Part shown: positions 19,785 through 30,600 of the stretch, piece by piece
Layout: each line of letters begins with the position of its first letter
Position numbering within the stretch: the stretch's first letter is position 1
Origin: Marinicella sp.
Lineage (GTDB): Bacteria > Pseudomonadota > Gammaproteobacteria > Xanthomonadales > Marinicellaceae
Assembly: GCA_965230295.1 (NCBI GenBank)
Contig: OZ246001.1
Location: forward strand, 992,001-1,056,000
Direction: 5' to 3'
DNA length: 64,000 bases
Notes under the pieces: generated by a model
Database searches by the model: none
Seen by the model: the letters and a program-made list of their open reading frames with translations, nothing else
What the model was told of the DNA's origin: nothing
Position numbers and translations under genes: made by a program

Positions 19785-21586
19785 TGAGTCAAGCATTTCG
19801 GATCGGGCTGACTTTCTTTGCCACCCATTGGATCTGGTTATTGCCGGCCATGGTGTTGGTTTTGGTCAGCCCCTGGAGCCTCACCAACTTCGACTCTACC
19901 CGCGATTTCATCATTGCACACCGCATCATCAATGATTCTGAGTTACCGTTATTGGGGCCTTTGCTGGCCTTCAGTTTTCACATCGGTCCGTGGTGGTATT
20001 ATGTGATGGCTTTGCCACTGCTGCTCACAGATTCCTGGTTGGGTATGGCGATACTGGTGGCGTTTTTGAACAGCCTCAAGTTTTTGTTGGCATTTAGAAT
20101 CGGCTGCCACATCAAAGACAAATTGTTGGGTCAATTGATGGTCATGGTTTTGCTGTTGGTTTCTTTAACCTATATGCAAACCGTAACTTTTACCCACACC
20201 AGTGTGGTTGAAACTTGCATGTTGTTGATGCTCTATGTGACGGTCAAAACGAAGTTACAATCCCTTGGGCATTGGTTGCTATTTGGCCTGTGTACTGGTT
20301 TGGCATTTCACAGTCACCCCACCGCAGTTTTGATCGGCTTTTTTGCCCTGTTTCCCTGGTTATCCAACACCAATAAAGTGATCAAAACACTGTCTTTCCT
20401 GACGGGTTTGGTGTTGATCGTTGTTCCCATGTTGTATCAGGAAATGACCACATCAAGTGATTTGAGCAGTGGTATGGGCAGTTATTTTGATCAACAATCT
20501 GGCGGTTTTAACCTCATGGATTTACCTGCCCTGTGGTATGGCCTCCTGTTCTCTGGCCCCATGGGTATACTGACCATCAACCTCCCCAAATACTGGGTTG
20601 TCATTGTGATCATCATTCAATTAATGATGCAGACAGCTGCGATCACCTTGCCTTGGTTGATTTGGCAAAGTGCCAATGATCAGATCAAACGCTGGTACTT
20701 ACACAGTTGGGCCTTTTTTATCTTGTCATCGATTGGCATTCTACTGATTCGAGAACGCACACCATGGTACATGACTTATGGTTTAAGCCTGTCGTTTGCT
20801 TTGGTGGTCGCTTTTGGCTTATATATGGTGTTGAGCCATTGGCAACGAGCGGGCATCAGTCGGTTGATTTTGTGCTGGGTATTGGCGGTGTTTATTGGCG
20901 TCAACGTCAGCTTACTGCCACCCTTATACAGGGGTGACATCAAGGTACCCTCCAACACCCTTTATGACTTAAAAACCAACAACCATGATTTGTCTGCCAA
21001 CAGTTTTGAGTTTCCTGCCTGGCTGGCCAATGATCACGGGGAACTGACTTGCGCCAAACAACCTGTGGCCATTCATGGCCCCTATGCGGCTTTGATCTAT
21101 ACCCACAGTGGCATAGAACATTTATCAGTATGTGGAACCGGCCTTCATTATGGCCCCAATCCAGATACCCAACACCTCATAGGCGTTCCCGCTTTTTTTA
21201 CCCCCTGGATCACCACCCCGCCTGTTGACCAAATTGGCGGCACTTATTTTTATCATCCTGTAGCCATCAGTGACCAACAAAGCAGTTGGCAAGAAAGCTA
21301 TGCACATGACTATGAAAAATCAGTTGCTCACGACGGCCAGTGGCAAGACCGTTTCATCCAAACCCAAATAACAGGTGGCCAACACCTGATTGTCACTCAG
21401 TTGTTGGGCTTCAAAATGCAGTTAAAAATTCAATCAGTTTCAGTCAATGGCCAAATCATAGAACCAGTTGATGTCAGTCTCTACAGTCATCTTTACCAAT
21501 GTAACCAATGCGACACTCAATCAACCCAATGGCAAGTCAAATACCAAACATCGGTTAAGGGCATGGTCAATGTGGTTAGTTTTTAA
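19784..21586 (+). CDS. Polytopic membrane protein, GT-C/ArnT-like glycosyltransferase, with a soluble C-terminal domain
   Basis: Many TM segments; DSTRD...PLLGP...HIGPWWYY loop; GLAFHSHP; TAATG-coupled to xdhC. Confidence 0.6.
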   Translation: MSQAFRIGLTFFATHWIWLLPAMVLVLVSPWSLTNFDSTRDFIIAHRIINDSELPLLGPLLAFSFHIGPWWYYVMALPLLLTDSWLGMAILVAFLNSLKFLLAFRIGCHIKDKLLGQLMVMVLLLVSLTYMQTVTFTHTSVVETCMLLMLYVTVKTKLQSLGHWLLFGLCTGLAFHSHPTAVLIGFFALFPWLSNTNKVIKTLSFLTGLVLIVVPMLYQEMTTSSDLSSGMGSYFDQQSGGFNLMDLPALWYGLLFSGPMGILTINLPKYWVVIVIIIQLMMQTAAITLPWLIWQSANDQIKRWYLHSWAFFILSSIGILLIRERTPWYMTYGLSLSFALVVAFGLYMVLSHWQRAGISRLILCWVLAVFIGVNVSLLPPLYRGDIKVPSNTLYDLKTNNHDLSANSFEFPAWLANDHGELTCAKQPVAIHGPYAALIYTHSGIEHLSVCGTGLHYGPNPDTQHLIGVPAFFTPWITTPPVDQIGGTYFYHPVAISDQQSSWQESYAHDYEKSVAHDGQWQDRFIQTQITGGQHLIVTQLLGFKMQLKIQSVSVNGQIIEPVDVSLYSHLYQCNQCDTQSTQWQVKYQTSVKGMVNVVSF

Positions 21587-21604
21587 CCCATACACAAGTA
21601 TCAA

Positions 21605-21875
21605 CTAGGGCCTGTTAGCACTATATGAATGACGGCTGTTATGACTGAAAACGTCACAATCAAGGCGCTAATCGCGTGATTTGGTATGCCAATTGAGTGA
21701 TGAGCAACGCAGGGTGTGGTGTTTTCAGCCTTAACCCATTGGGCTGGACCGTATTTTCCACCCACCGGCCTTACCCAATCGTTCATGTGGAATGACCACA
21801 TATCACGATGGATGGGGTTGTTGGCTGAAAAATACAGTTTCAGCAGTTGCCATTCATATATTGTTAACAGGCCCT
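21605..21875 (+). mobile_element. MITE family A copy 1 (~270 bp)
   Basis: Terminal inverted repeats CTAG-GGCCTGTTAGCACTA ... TTGTTAACAGGCC; near-identical to 47150-47422 and, in reverse, to 43806-44078. Confidence 0.85.
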
Positions 21876-21922
21876 TTATTCCAAAGGCATTTCTATTGCC
21901 GATATGACTGTGCTAAAATGCC

Positions 21923-22022
21923 GCGCATCCGAGGGGTGGCGTGCTTGATGCGCCTGAGATGTCAACGTTTCAATGACAAACCCTTTGAACCTGATCCGGT
22001 TAATACCGGCGTAGGAATGGGT
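21923..22022 (+). ncRNA. TPP riboswitch
   Basis: GGGGTG...CTGAGA...ACCCTTTGAACCTGATCCGGTTAATACCGGCGTAGGAA consensus, upstream of a TonB receptor/PnuC/kinase operon. Confidence 0.95.
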
Positions 22023-22081
22023 CAAACAATTCAACACGCCTGAACCGGGTCTCTGATTAAACATTTGATAAGAGATCCTTT

Positions 22082-24175
22082 ATGAACTTAAAAAACACCA
22101 CGACAGCCATTTTACTGTCATTGTCCATGACTTCCTGGGCACAGGACATCACCTCAGAAGACACCACCCAACTGGAAGACCTGACTGTCACCGCGGATTT
22201 GCGTGAAGACACTTCAGTTCGAGAAATCGCCACTTCTGTATCCGTACTGGATGAGGAAACCATCCAACAAGCAGGCACCCAACATTTTCAAGACGTGATG
22301 GGGCTGGTTCCCAATTTAAATTGGGCCGGATCCACCAGTCGACCACGGTATTTTCAAATCCGTGGTATCGGTGAGCGTTCTCAATACGAGGGCGCGCCTA
22401 ACCCATCGGTGGGTTTCATCATTGATGACATCGACTTCACCGGCATCGGAGGCGCAGCGACTCTGTTCGATCTGGCGCAAGTTGAGGTGCTGCGTGGCCC
22501 ACAAGGCACGCGATACGGTGCCAATGCACTGGCCGGTTTAATCTACGTGCGCAGTCAGGACCCCAGTTTCAACCCGGCTTATCAATTGGAAACCACTGTG
22601 GGTGATCATGGTACCTATGCGGCAGGTTTCAGCGCCACAGGTGCCGTTGGTGATTCAGAAAAAGCCGCTTACCGTTTTTCACTGCACCAATACAACAGCC
22701 ATGGTTTCAGACGCAATGACTTTTTCAACCGCAATGACACCGACCAATTGGATGAGTTGATGTGGCGCGGTAAGATCAATTTTGCTGCCACAGAAAGTTG
22801 GCAAACTGATTTCACTTTAATGGTGGTGGACATCAACAACGGTTTTGACAAATGGAACCCTGAAAACACCTTCACCACCCACTCAGATGACTTGGGTATC
22901 GATGACCAGAAATCGGTGGGATTCAGCTGGCGCAATACATTAACCGGTGCAGCTGGGTTTGATTTGATCAGCATCAGCAGTTACACTGACTCTGAGATCC
23001 AGTACTTTTTTGATGGTGATTGGGGCAATGATGTTTACTGGGGTGAGTTTGCTCCCTATGATTTCACTTCAAACAATGACCGAGAGCGGACCAATTTCAC
23101 CCAGGAGTTTCGCTTGGTTTCGAAACCTGGTGCAGAAATCTTTAATGGCTCAACCGCCTGGTTGGCCGGCATCTATTTCTCTCGTTTGTCAGAAGACAAC
23201 GTGATCGATGATTTTTTCAACGATGAGGTATTCCGAGATTTTGACAGTCAGTTTGATGCCGACACCCTGGCGGTGTTTGCGCAATTAGACACCCAACTGA
23301 CGCAACAAACCGTACTGACCACTGGCTTGCGGTTTGAAAACCGCAGTGCCGATTATCAAGACAATGGCGGGTTGGATCTATCACCTGATGATCACATGGT
23401 TGGCGGCCAGATCTCTATCAACCACAGTTTAAACGAGCAACAAAATATTTACGCCACCATTTCTCGCGGTTACAAAGCCGGTGGTTTCAACCTGAGCCCT
23501 TCGCTACCAGAAAATCGCCGTGCCTATGACCCTGAATACCTGGTCAATTTTGAGGTGGGTATGAAGGCTTTGCTGATGGATTATCGCTTGAGTTTGAATG
23601 TCAGTGCTTTTTATTCAGAAAGAAAAGACATGCAAGTCAGTACCTCAGTACAAGAAGATCCTACAGACCCGCTGACTTTTGTGTTTTTCACCGGCAACGC
23701 GGCTGAGGGCAAGAACCAAGGACTGGAAGCTGATTGGCAGTACCAAGTCAACCGCAATTGGGCATTCCATGGCTCGCTGGGGCTGTTGGATGCCGAGTTT
23801 TCAGATTACGTGACGGTGGATGATGATTTCACCGGGCGGGCCCAAGCCCATGCGCCTGATTACACTTTTAATTTGGGTTTGACCTATGCCGGTGACAGTG
23901 GCTGGTTTGCCCGTGCAGACTTCAATGGCTCAGACGGCTTTTACTTTTCCGACTCACATGACCAACAAGCCAACAGCCGTGAAATTCTCAATTTAAAAGT
24001 GGGATATCAGGCAGACACTTGGTCGGTTCATGCCTGGGGCCGCAATGTGCTGGATGAAACCTATGCGGTGCGTGGTTTCTTCTTTGGATTGGAGCCACCT
24101 GATTATGCTGATACACTGTACCAACACCTGGGTGACCCACAACATTTTGGGGTCACTGCCCGTTTTAACTTTTAG
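22082..24175 (+). CDS. TonB-dependent receptor, thiamine-regulated
   Basis: Signal peptide, LTVTA TonB box, IRGIG, VEVLRGPQGTRYG, terminal F (ARFNF); lies under the TPP riboswitch. Confidence 0.92.
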   Translation: MNLKNTTTAILLSLSMTSWAQDITSEDTTQLEDLTVTADLREDTSVREIATSVSVLDEETIQQAGTQHFQDVMGLVPNLNWAGSTSRPRYFQIRGIGERSQYEGAPNPSVGFIIDDIDFTGIGGAATLFDLAQVEVLRGPQGTRYGANALAGLIYVRSQDPSFNPAYQLETTVGDHGTYAAGFSATGAVGDSEKAAYRFSLHQYNSHGFRRNDFFNRNDTDQLDELMWRGKINFAATESWQTDFTLMVVDINNGFDKWNPENTFTTHSDDLGIDDQKSVGFSWRNTLTGAAGFDLISISSYTDSEIQYFFDGDWGNDVYWGEFAPYDFTSNNDRERTNFTQEFRLVSKPGAEIFNGSTAWLAGIYFSRLSEDNVIDDFFNDEVFRDFDSQFDADTLAVFAQLDTQLTQQTVLTTGLRFENRSADYQDNGGLDLSPDDHMVGGQISINHSLNEQQNIYATISRGYKAGGFNLSPSLPENRRAYDPEYLVNFEVGMKALLMDYRLSLNVSAFYSERKDMQVSTSVQEDPTDPLTFVFFTGNAAEGKNQGLEADWQYQVNRNWAFHGSLGLLDAEFSDYVTVDDDFTGRAQAHAPDYTFNLGLTYAGDSGWFARADFNGSDGFYFSDSHDQQANSREILNLKVGYQADTWSVHAWGRNVLDETYAVRGFFFGLEPPDYADTLYQHLGDPQHFGVTARFNF

Positions 24176-24184
24176 GAGTACAAC

Positions 24185-24439
24185 ATGCAGGTCTCTGTAG
24201 AAATATCATTGTATCCATTGGACAGTAATTACATACCACCCATTCAAGATTTTATTGATCGCCTCAACACGTACAGTGAACTGAAAGTGGTAGAAAACAC
24301 CATGAGCACTCAGGTCTATGGTGATTACTCGGAAGTCTTGGGCATCGTCAACAAAGAAATGCAACGCACCCATCGCGAAAACCCCAAAGCAGCTTTTGTG
24401 ATAAAAGTACTTAATGGGGACTTGTCACCAGATGTCTGA
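24185..24439 (+). CDS. Thiamine-binding protein (YkoF/DUF77-like)
   Basis: SVEISLYPL...YIPPIQDFI...MSTQVYG; operon context. Confidence 0.8.
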   Translation: MQVSVEISLYPLDSNYIPPIQDFIDRLNTYSELKVVENTMSTQVYGDYSEVLGIVNKEMQRTHRENPKAAFVIKVLNGDLSPDV

Positions 24440-25040
24440 CACCTGGCAACAAATCCTGACAGCCTGGCAGGCAACCTCTGATCTGGAAAAGGTCGCCGTG
24501 GTGTCTGCCATTTTGTATTTGGTGTTGGCCATCAAAGAAAATATTTGGTGCTGGTTGTTTGCTTTTATCAGCACCGCCATTTATATCTATCTGTTTCACA
24601 GTGTGTCATTGCTTTCAGAGTCCCTGTTGAATGTGTATTATTTGGTCATGGCGCTCTATGGTTGGTACCAATGGCGTCATGGTAACGGCAACCAAGAGCG
24701 ACAGATCGTCAGCTGGCCTTGGCGAAAACACCTGGTTGTGATTTTGTTGACTGCCTTGGCAGTGCCTTTGCTGGGTTACACCACCAGTCATTGGGGAGCG
24801 TCTATGCCCTATTTGGACGCCTTTACCACCTGCTACGCTGTATTGGCAACGGTGATGGTGGCACACAAGGTGCTGGAGAACTGGCATTATTGGCTGGTCA
24901 TCAACATCACATCCGTGTACATTTTTTACCAAAAAGAGTTGAGCATGACAGCTGCCCTGTTCGCTTTGTATGTTATCCTAACTGTTATTGGCTATTTTAA
25001 TTGGCAACGACATTATGCCCTCCAGCGATCATTGGCTTAA
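24432..25040 (+). CDS. pnuC: PnuC-family transporter, probably thiamine (PnuT)
   Basis: LAIKENIWCW, YGWYQW, PYLDAFTT, KVLENWHYW. Confidence 0.88.
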   Translation: MSDTWQQILTAWQATSDLEKVAVVSAILYLVLAIKENIWCWLFAFISTAIYIYLFHSVSLLSESLLNVYYLVMALYGWYQWRHGNGNQERQIVSWPWRKHLVVILLTALAVPLLGYTTSHWGASMPYLDAFTTCYAVLATVMVAHKVLENWHYWLVINITSVYIFYQKELSMTAALFALYVILTVIGYFNWQRHYALQRSLA

Positions 25041-25764
25041 TCGATTACAACACATTGCTGTTTTGCAACATGCAGGAATACGCGACTGGCAAGCCATCAA
25101 CTCTGGATCCAGCAACCACATATTCAAAGTCACCACCGATGCCGGGATTTGGCTGGTACGCATCAACCGAGCGGCACTGGGCATCGATCGTCAAGAAGAA
25201 CAGAAAATTCTGGAGCACATCGAGTCTTTGGGTATCGGGCCTAAAGTGATCGATAACAATCCACAAGAGGGCCACCTGATTACAGAATACATCGACCAGC
25301 CAGCCTGGACTGTGAAGGATTTCAAGGATCCAAAAAAACTCTCTGGATTAAAATGTCGTTTGGATCAATTTCATCAAATACCCTATCAGTACTTACCCAG
25401 TCGCTTGGACCACCGCCTCAAACTGTATTTAAAAACCATCAAAAAAATTCCGGTTAAAACGGCATTGGCACTGCTGGATACCATTGAAAAACTCGATTTT
25501 CAAGGGTTCTGGCAAGCCAACAACACCTTGTATCATTCTGATTTGAACCCCAGTAATTTACTTGGTCATAACCCCAATCCCATGATCATAGATTGGGAAT
25601 TCGCCGGCCAAGGCCACCCCATCCTCGATTGGTTGATTCTGGAACACGAAACCGGATTAGATTTATCCAATCATTACCCGGAACAAACCAATCCCATTTG
25701 GATCGAACCAGCACAACGCATGATCAACGCGATGATGAATCTTTGGCCGCATGAGAGCCCTTAA
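25015..25764 (+). CDS. Choline/aminoglycoside kinase-family phosphotransferase, probable thiamine kinase
   Basis: GSSNH, HSDLNPSNL, IIDWEFAG; last gene of the TPP operon. Confidence 0.8.
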   Translation: MPSSDHWLNRLQHIAVLQHAGIRDWQAINSGSSNHIFKVTTDAGIWLVRINRAALGIDRQEEQKILEHIESLGIGPKVIDNNPQEGHLITEYIDQPAWTVKDFKDPKKLSGLKCRLDQFHQIPYQYLPSRLDHRLKLYLKTIKKIPVKTALALLDTIEKLDFQGFWQANNTLYHSDLNPSNLLGHNPNPMIIDWEFAGQGHPILDWLILEHETGLDLSNHYPEQTNPIWIEPAQRMINAMMNLWPHESP

Positions 25765-25831
25765 GGCTTTTTTTCCGTCGTTGAATCAAGTAGAATACCC
25801 GCTCCTGAAGATTGATTCATTCAGTCGATGG

Positions 25832-25918
25832 GCCCAGGTGGTGAAATTGGTAGACACGCCAGCTTCAGGTGCTGGTGGGGGCAACCCCGTGGAGGTTCAA
25901 GTCCTCTCCTGGGCACCA
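25832..25918 (+). tRNA. tRNA-Leu (CAG)
   Basis: Acceptor stem GCCCAGG/CCTGGGC-A-CCA, anticodon arm CCAGC-TTCAGGT-GCTGG, long variable arm, GGTTCAAGTCC T arm. Confidence 0.97.
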
Positions 25919-26017
25919 TTTTAAGTATCAGTTCTTTTATGGCTGCAAAAACCGGCTATCAGTAGCTGCCCCCTCTACCAATAACCGGCTTTTATGGATG
26001 AAAGTTTAATTCCGGGG

Positions 26018-26224
26018 TCAGGCTTTTTTGCCTACCCGACGCAAGCGATTGATTTCCGCAACAATTAAGTTGATGTCGTCTTTGCGATTTTTCTGAAATG
26101 ACAATTTGACCATTTCCCTTTGTAATAATTTAATCCGTTCAGTCAGTTCGGTGTTGGGGTTTAGTTTGAGTTTCTTATCACGAATACTGGCTATGGTCTG
26201 CTTAGCAATGGAATGTTCTAACAT
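26018..26224 (-). CDS. Small basic helical hypothetical protein
   Basis: 68-aa ORF with a GAGG RBS, filling an otherwise empty gap. Confidence 0.55.
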   Translation of the reverse strand: MLEHSIAKQTIASIRDKKLKLNPNTELTERIKLLQREMVKLSFQKNRKDDINLIVAEINRLRRVGKKA

Positions 26225-26383
26225 GTTTTGGGTGCCTCATATCTATAATCAATAAGTCATCAGTGAACTCAATTTTCACTGCTTTATCGCACACAATAAA
26301 TACATATTATGACAATTATTTGAAGCAAACAAGCATTATTTATCAGGCTTGCCAAATCACGTCAAGTTTGCTAAATTTCTGTG

Positions 26384-27307
26384 ATGCAGCTAACATTTTT
26401 GACCAGTCTGACCTTGCTTTTTTTGTTGATATTTTGTCCTGAGACTTTGGCAAAAAAGTATTACAAACACGTTGATGAGAATGGCATCACCCATTATTCA
26501 GACCAACCACCGAAAGAGGACGTCGAGTATGAAAGCTGGCAAGTCAGGCCTGAGGACAGTGAGTATGAAGTCAAGGTCGTTAATCGCGGGACCAAAAAAG
26601 CACCTGTTTTTTATGCCATCAACCCTTATCATGGCCCGGTTGAAATCAGTATTGAGTTCCTCCAACAGAACAACGTGGTTGCCAAACCCAAGTGGCCTGC
26701 CACCTATGTGGTACCGGCCAACAGTGAAATGTATCTGAGCACCATAACACCAAAAAACAAATACATGTCCTGGTCTTTTCAATACAACGTGTCATCAACT
26801 TTAGGCGATCCCAATGCCTCCCACAACGACAGTCACGTGTATCGACTGCCATTTGATGCCAGCAAACAATTTTACATCAGCCAGGCTTTCAATGGAGAAT
26901 TTACCCACATAGGTGACCAGAATCAATATGCCATTGACATTGTGATGCCGGAAGGCAGCGATGTGCTGGCTGCCCGAGGTGGCGTGGTGATGGACATTGC
27001 CAATGATTTTTACGATGGTGGCGTCTCAGAGAACAACAAACAACGCGGCAACTACATCCGCATCCTGCATGATGATGGGTCTATGGCCATTTATGCCCAC
27101 TTGCAATTGGAATCGGTGGTGGTGGCGCCAGGACAAAGGGTAGAAACCCAACAAAAAATCGCCCTGTCTGGCAACACCGGTTTCACCAGTGGACCGCATT
27201 TGCATTTTGCCGTGCAGGTGAATAAAGGCTTGTTATTGAAGTCTGTACCATTCATCATGCAGCACAAGGGAGGCGAGATCAAACCACCTGAAGTGGGCCC
27301 AATTTGA
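26384..27307 (+). CDS. M23 family metallopeptidase with DUF4124-like N-terminus
   Basis: YKHVDENGITHYSDQPP; H-x6-AID, YAHL, SGNTGFTSGPHLHF. Confidence 0.88.
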   Translation: MQLTFLTSLTLLFLLIFCPETLAKKYYKHVDENGITHYSDQPPKEDVEYESWQVRPEDSEYEVKVVNRGTKKAPVFYAINPYHGPVEISIEFLQQNNVVAKPKWPATYVVPANSEMYLSTITPKNKYMSWSFQYNVSSTLGDPNASHNDSHVYRLPFDASKQFYISQAFNGEFTHIGDQNQYAIDIVMPEGSDVLAARGGVVMDIANDFYDGGVSENNKQRGNYIRILHDDGSMAIYAHLQLESVVVAPGQRVETQQKIALSGNTGFTSGPHLHFAVQVNKGLLLKSVPFIMQHKGGEIKPPEVGPI

Positions 27308-27361
27308 TCAACTGATCTCAATTAATGTTTGTAGAATGTACAATCTATTCTAATTGGTTTT

Positions 27362-27590
27362 CGTCATCCTGCGGCTTGACCGCAGGATTCAGGTATTTTG
27401 AACTTAAAGAAGTGAGACTCCTTCAACCACCGAAAAACAACTGCATGGATGTAGTAATCAAGTCACAACATGGCATCCTGTCATTCATTAGGTCAATTCT
27501 TGTTACGCACCCAACGCCGACTGAAGTCGGCGCTCCATAGGTTAGCCTGCGTTGTCAAAATCTTTCGGAGCACTGACTTCTGTCATCGTC
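27362..27590. repeat. REP-like palindrome cluster
   Basis: GTCATCCTGCGG-CTTGA-CCGCAGGAT hairpin, and CGCCGACTGAAGTCGGCG palindrome at 27515-27532 with a second copy at 32127-32143. Confidence 0.6.
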
Positions 27591-27621
27591 ATGACCCAAA
27601 TTGGATACAATGACTACGCGA

Positions 27622-30600
27622 TCAAAACCCGTCACGAAAGATCAGATCATTACCAACCTCACAAACCACCATGACATCGGTGATGTCTTGGTTGCTGATG
27701 GTGCCACTTTCATTGCTGACCACACAGGGTTGGATGGGGTTGTTCGGTTGATCCAATACGGTCACGTCATAATCATCACCAACAGCTACCGGAGAGGAAA
27801 ACACAAAAGCACCATTGTCCATGAGGTTCAAGTCATCACCAGCGTTGTTCTGTAAGGTGATTTCATTGCCAAACAGAAGTCCCGTTAACTGACCACCCAC
27901 CAGGTATTCGGTCTGAAATTCAAAAGGACCGATATCCACATCCATGCCCAGTTCACGAGTCATGCCAGCCAAGTCCAGAGGAATGCGTTCGGTCAAATCT
28001 GCATCACCATCGACATCAAAATCATCAGCAGGTAAATGATTAATATCGCCTGCATCGATCAAGGGCGAACCAAGCTGTAAGTTATAATCACCATTCATTT
28101 CATCACTGAACAGGGGATCAAATCCAGGATCTGAAGCATCCAATCCATTTTCAGCGGTCAGGTCCACACTTTTGATGAGGCTGTGACTGGTGGTCAACAC
28201 ATTCGCCGAGAATTCACTGGGCACAAAATTCACACCTCCATCATTGCTTATGAGGTTATCCCATAACAGGCTGTTTTGCATGTTAATATCTGTCGCAGCC
28301 ACACCGCCACCAGAAGATGAGGATGAGAAAGACAAAGCTGTATTGTTAACAACCGCACTGTTGATCAAATGAACAGATCCATTGTTGTTTCTCACACCAC
28401 CGCCTGATGCGCCGGATGATGAAAGTGAATCAGTAGCCGCTTGATTGGCATAAATCAAGCTATTGACCACATAGATCACGCCATCATTACTAAACAGCCC
28501 ACCTCCTTCTGCAATAAAGGATTCTGACCTGCTGCGGTTGTTATTAACTGTACTGTTAACCAAGGTGATGTCTCCGCTTGAAGTGACGATACCACCTCCG
28601 TTGGCGAAACTCGTTGACGCAAGGACTTCATTACCACTGAGTGTGGATTCAACCAAGGTGACGTTGCCGCTTACAGAATAAATACCACCCGATGCATTAC
28701 TTGACCCAAACACTGTGTTGTCAATGACTTGACTGTTGGCCACCATGATGTGCCCAGTTTGCGTATAGATCGCGCCACCAAATGCATCACCAGCATTGTT
28801 GGATGCGTTGTTGTCTCGTATGATCACCCGAAGCAGCCTTAAATCCCCAGTGGTCCGAATCCCGCCACCCTCACCATCTGAAAAATCGAAACCGTTTTGT
28901 AAAGTCAAACCTTCCAGATAAAGATTGTCCGCTGCATGTGTGGCGTTAATCACCCGTTGTCTGTTGGCCGTGATGCTCTCAAAAGCATCGATGATGGTGG
29001 GGTGGTTATCAATGTTTTGTGTGCCACCACCAGCTGGAAAACCGCCACGGATATTCAGTGGTTCATTAATCGTGATCTCATCGGTGATCATATAGCTGCC
29101 CTCTGCAACCAATATCGCACCATCAGACAAAGACACATCCACTGCGGGTTGGATGCTGTTAAAAGCATTGGGCCAATCGCAACCGGTTTGTGTGCCCGAT
29201 GCGGATAGATCCACATAAACAGTACTGTCAAATGGCGCTCCATTGCCCCATGACTTGGTTTCGGAGTCAGTGACGTCCACCTGCCATCCAAACAAAGTAT
29301 CGGTCTTGGTGATTTGGTAAGTATTGCCACAACGGTAGGTGTGGCTGGCATCGGGTCCAGCCAAAACCGTACCGTCACCCATGTCATATTCATGAGACTG
29401 GTCGATGGCATTTAAGAATGCCACCTGATTGTACATGCGGTCTGAAAGTATGGGACTGCTGTTGTTGGTCAAACTGACCATATGGCTGCCATCGTCCTGG
29501 GCTGGCGTCATGATGAAATCCGTGATCAAATCATAACTGACCAACGGCTCAAAGAGCGCATCCGCATCCAATGGCATACCACCAATGCTCACGTCAGAGC
29601 CGCGTAACCAGTTACCAGAAATATTGGCACCCGCCAGGAATTCGCCCCCGCCATCCGGCGGTATCGCCGTGTAATCATTGAGCACAAGACTCACATCGGT
29701 GGCACTGGGATTGACCACCACAATGACATAGGGCTGACTGACGGTGATCGAGGAGCTAAACACACCAGTCACTCGAATCTCATCCAACGTTCCACCACCC
29801 AAACCATGGGCCACGGACAGATTGGTTGTGGCCAATGGCGTGCCAGTAGGTAAAAATTCAGTATCCGCCAAATACAGTGACAGCTGCAAATTAACCGGTG
29901 GTCCTGCGGGTGCCGTTTTGAAGGCATAAAACTCCGCACCATACACTGTGATTGGTTGAGGCGCATTGAAGTACTGACTGATGGCTTCGGCCGAAGTGGC
30001 GTTGTTGATGATAAGGCTTTGCAAACCAGTGGCTTTGGCCAATGTATATTGCACCTGCTCGCATGTGCCTACCTGGGTGATGCTGACCGCATTACTGACA
30101 ACTGCACCCACACCACCATCCATGCCTGTAGTCCACAATGCGTCATTGATGATGCCGTGGTTGTTATTGGCTACATCAGTCAACACAGTCCCTGCCCCTT
30201 CATAAAAAGCATGGTAAGCCACCAAACCGGATTCTTGGCCCGTGAACAGATTGGCCTGGCCAGTACGCAACAAGTCATCCACTTCTGTTTGCGTGGATGG
30301 CGCTGTGTTCCAGATCCGCAGGGCCGCGATTTGGCCATCAAAAAATTCCGTGGCACCCGAATTTGACCCGATGTGGCCGTTGGAAGGGCTGGTTGCTGTT
30401 TGCATAGCACCATTGCTGGCTTTGTTGCCAAGTTCAACCCCATTGCGGTACAAACGCATGGCATTGGTTGGGTCATCAAACGTCGCCACGATGTGCACCC
30501 ATTGGCCATTGTAATCAGCGGCATTGATTGGCACATCCAGTTCCGTGTACCCGTCATCAGACGTTTCGATGCCAAAGGAGAGGATGGTGCCATTGTCTTG

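Noticed and set aside
21601-21801. Near-identical small ORFs MWS(F/L)HMNDW... (also 43882-44109 and 47134-47346)
   Set aside because: They lie inside the MITE copies, have variable ends and no transposase motifs.
25832-26380. tRNA-Leu as a genomic island attachment site
   Set aside because: No integrase follows and no duplicated tRNA 3' end was found in the window.
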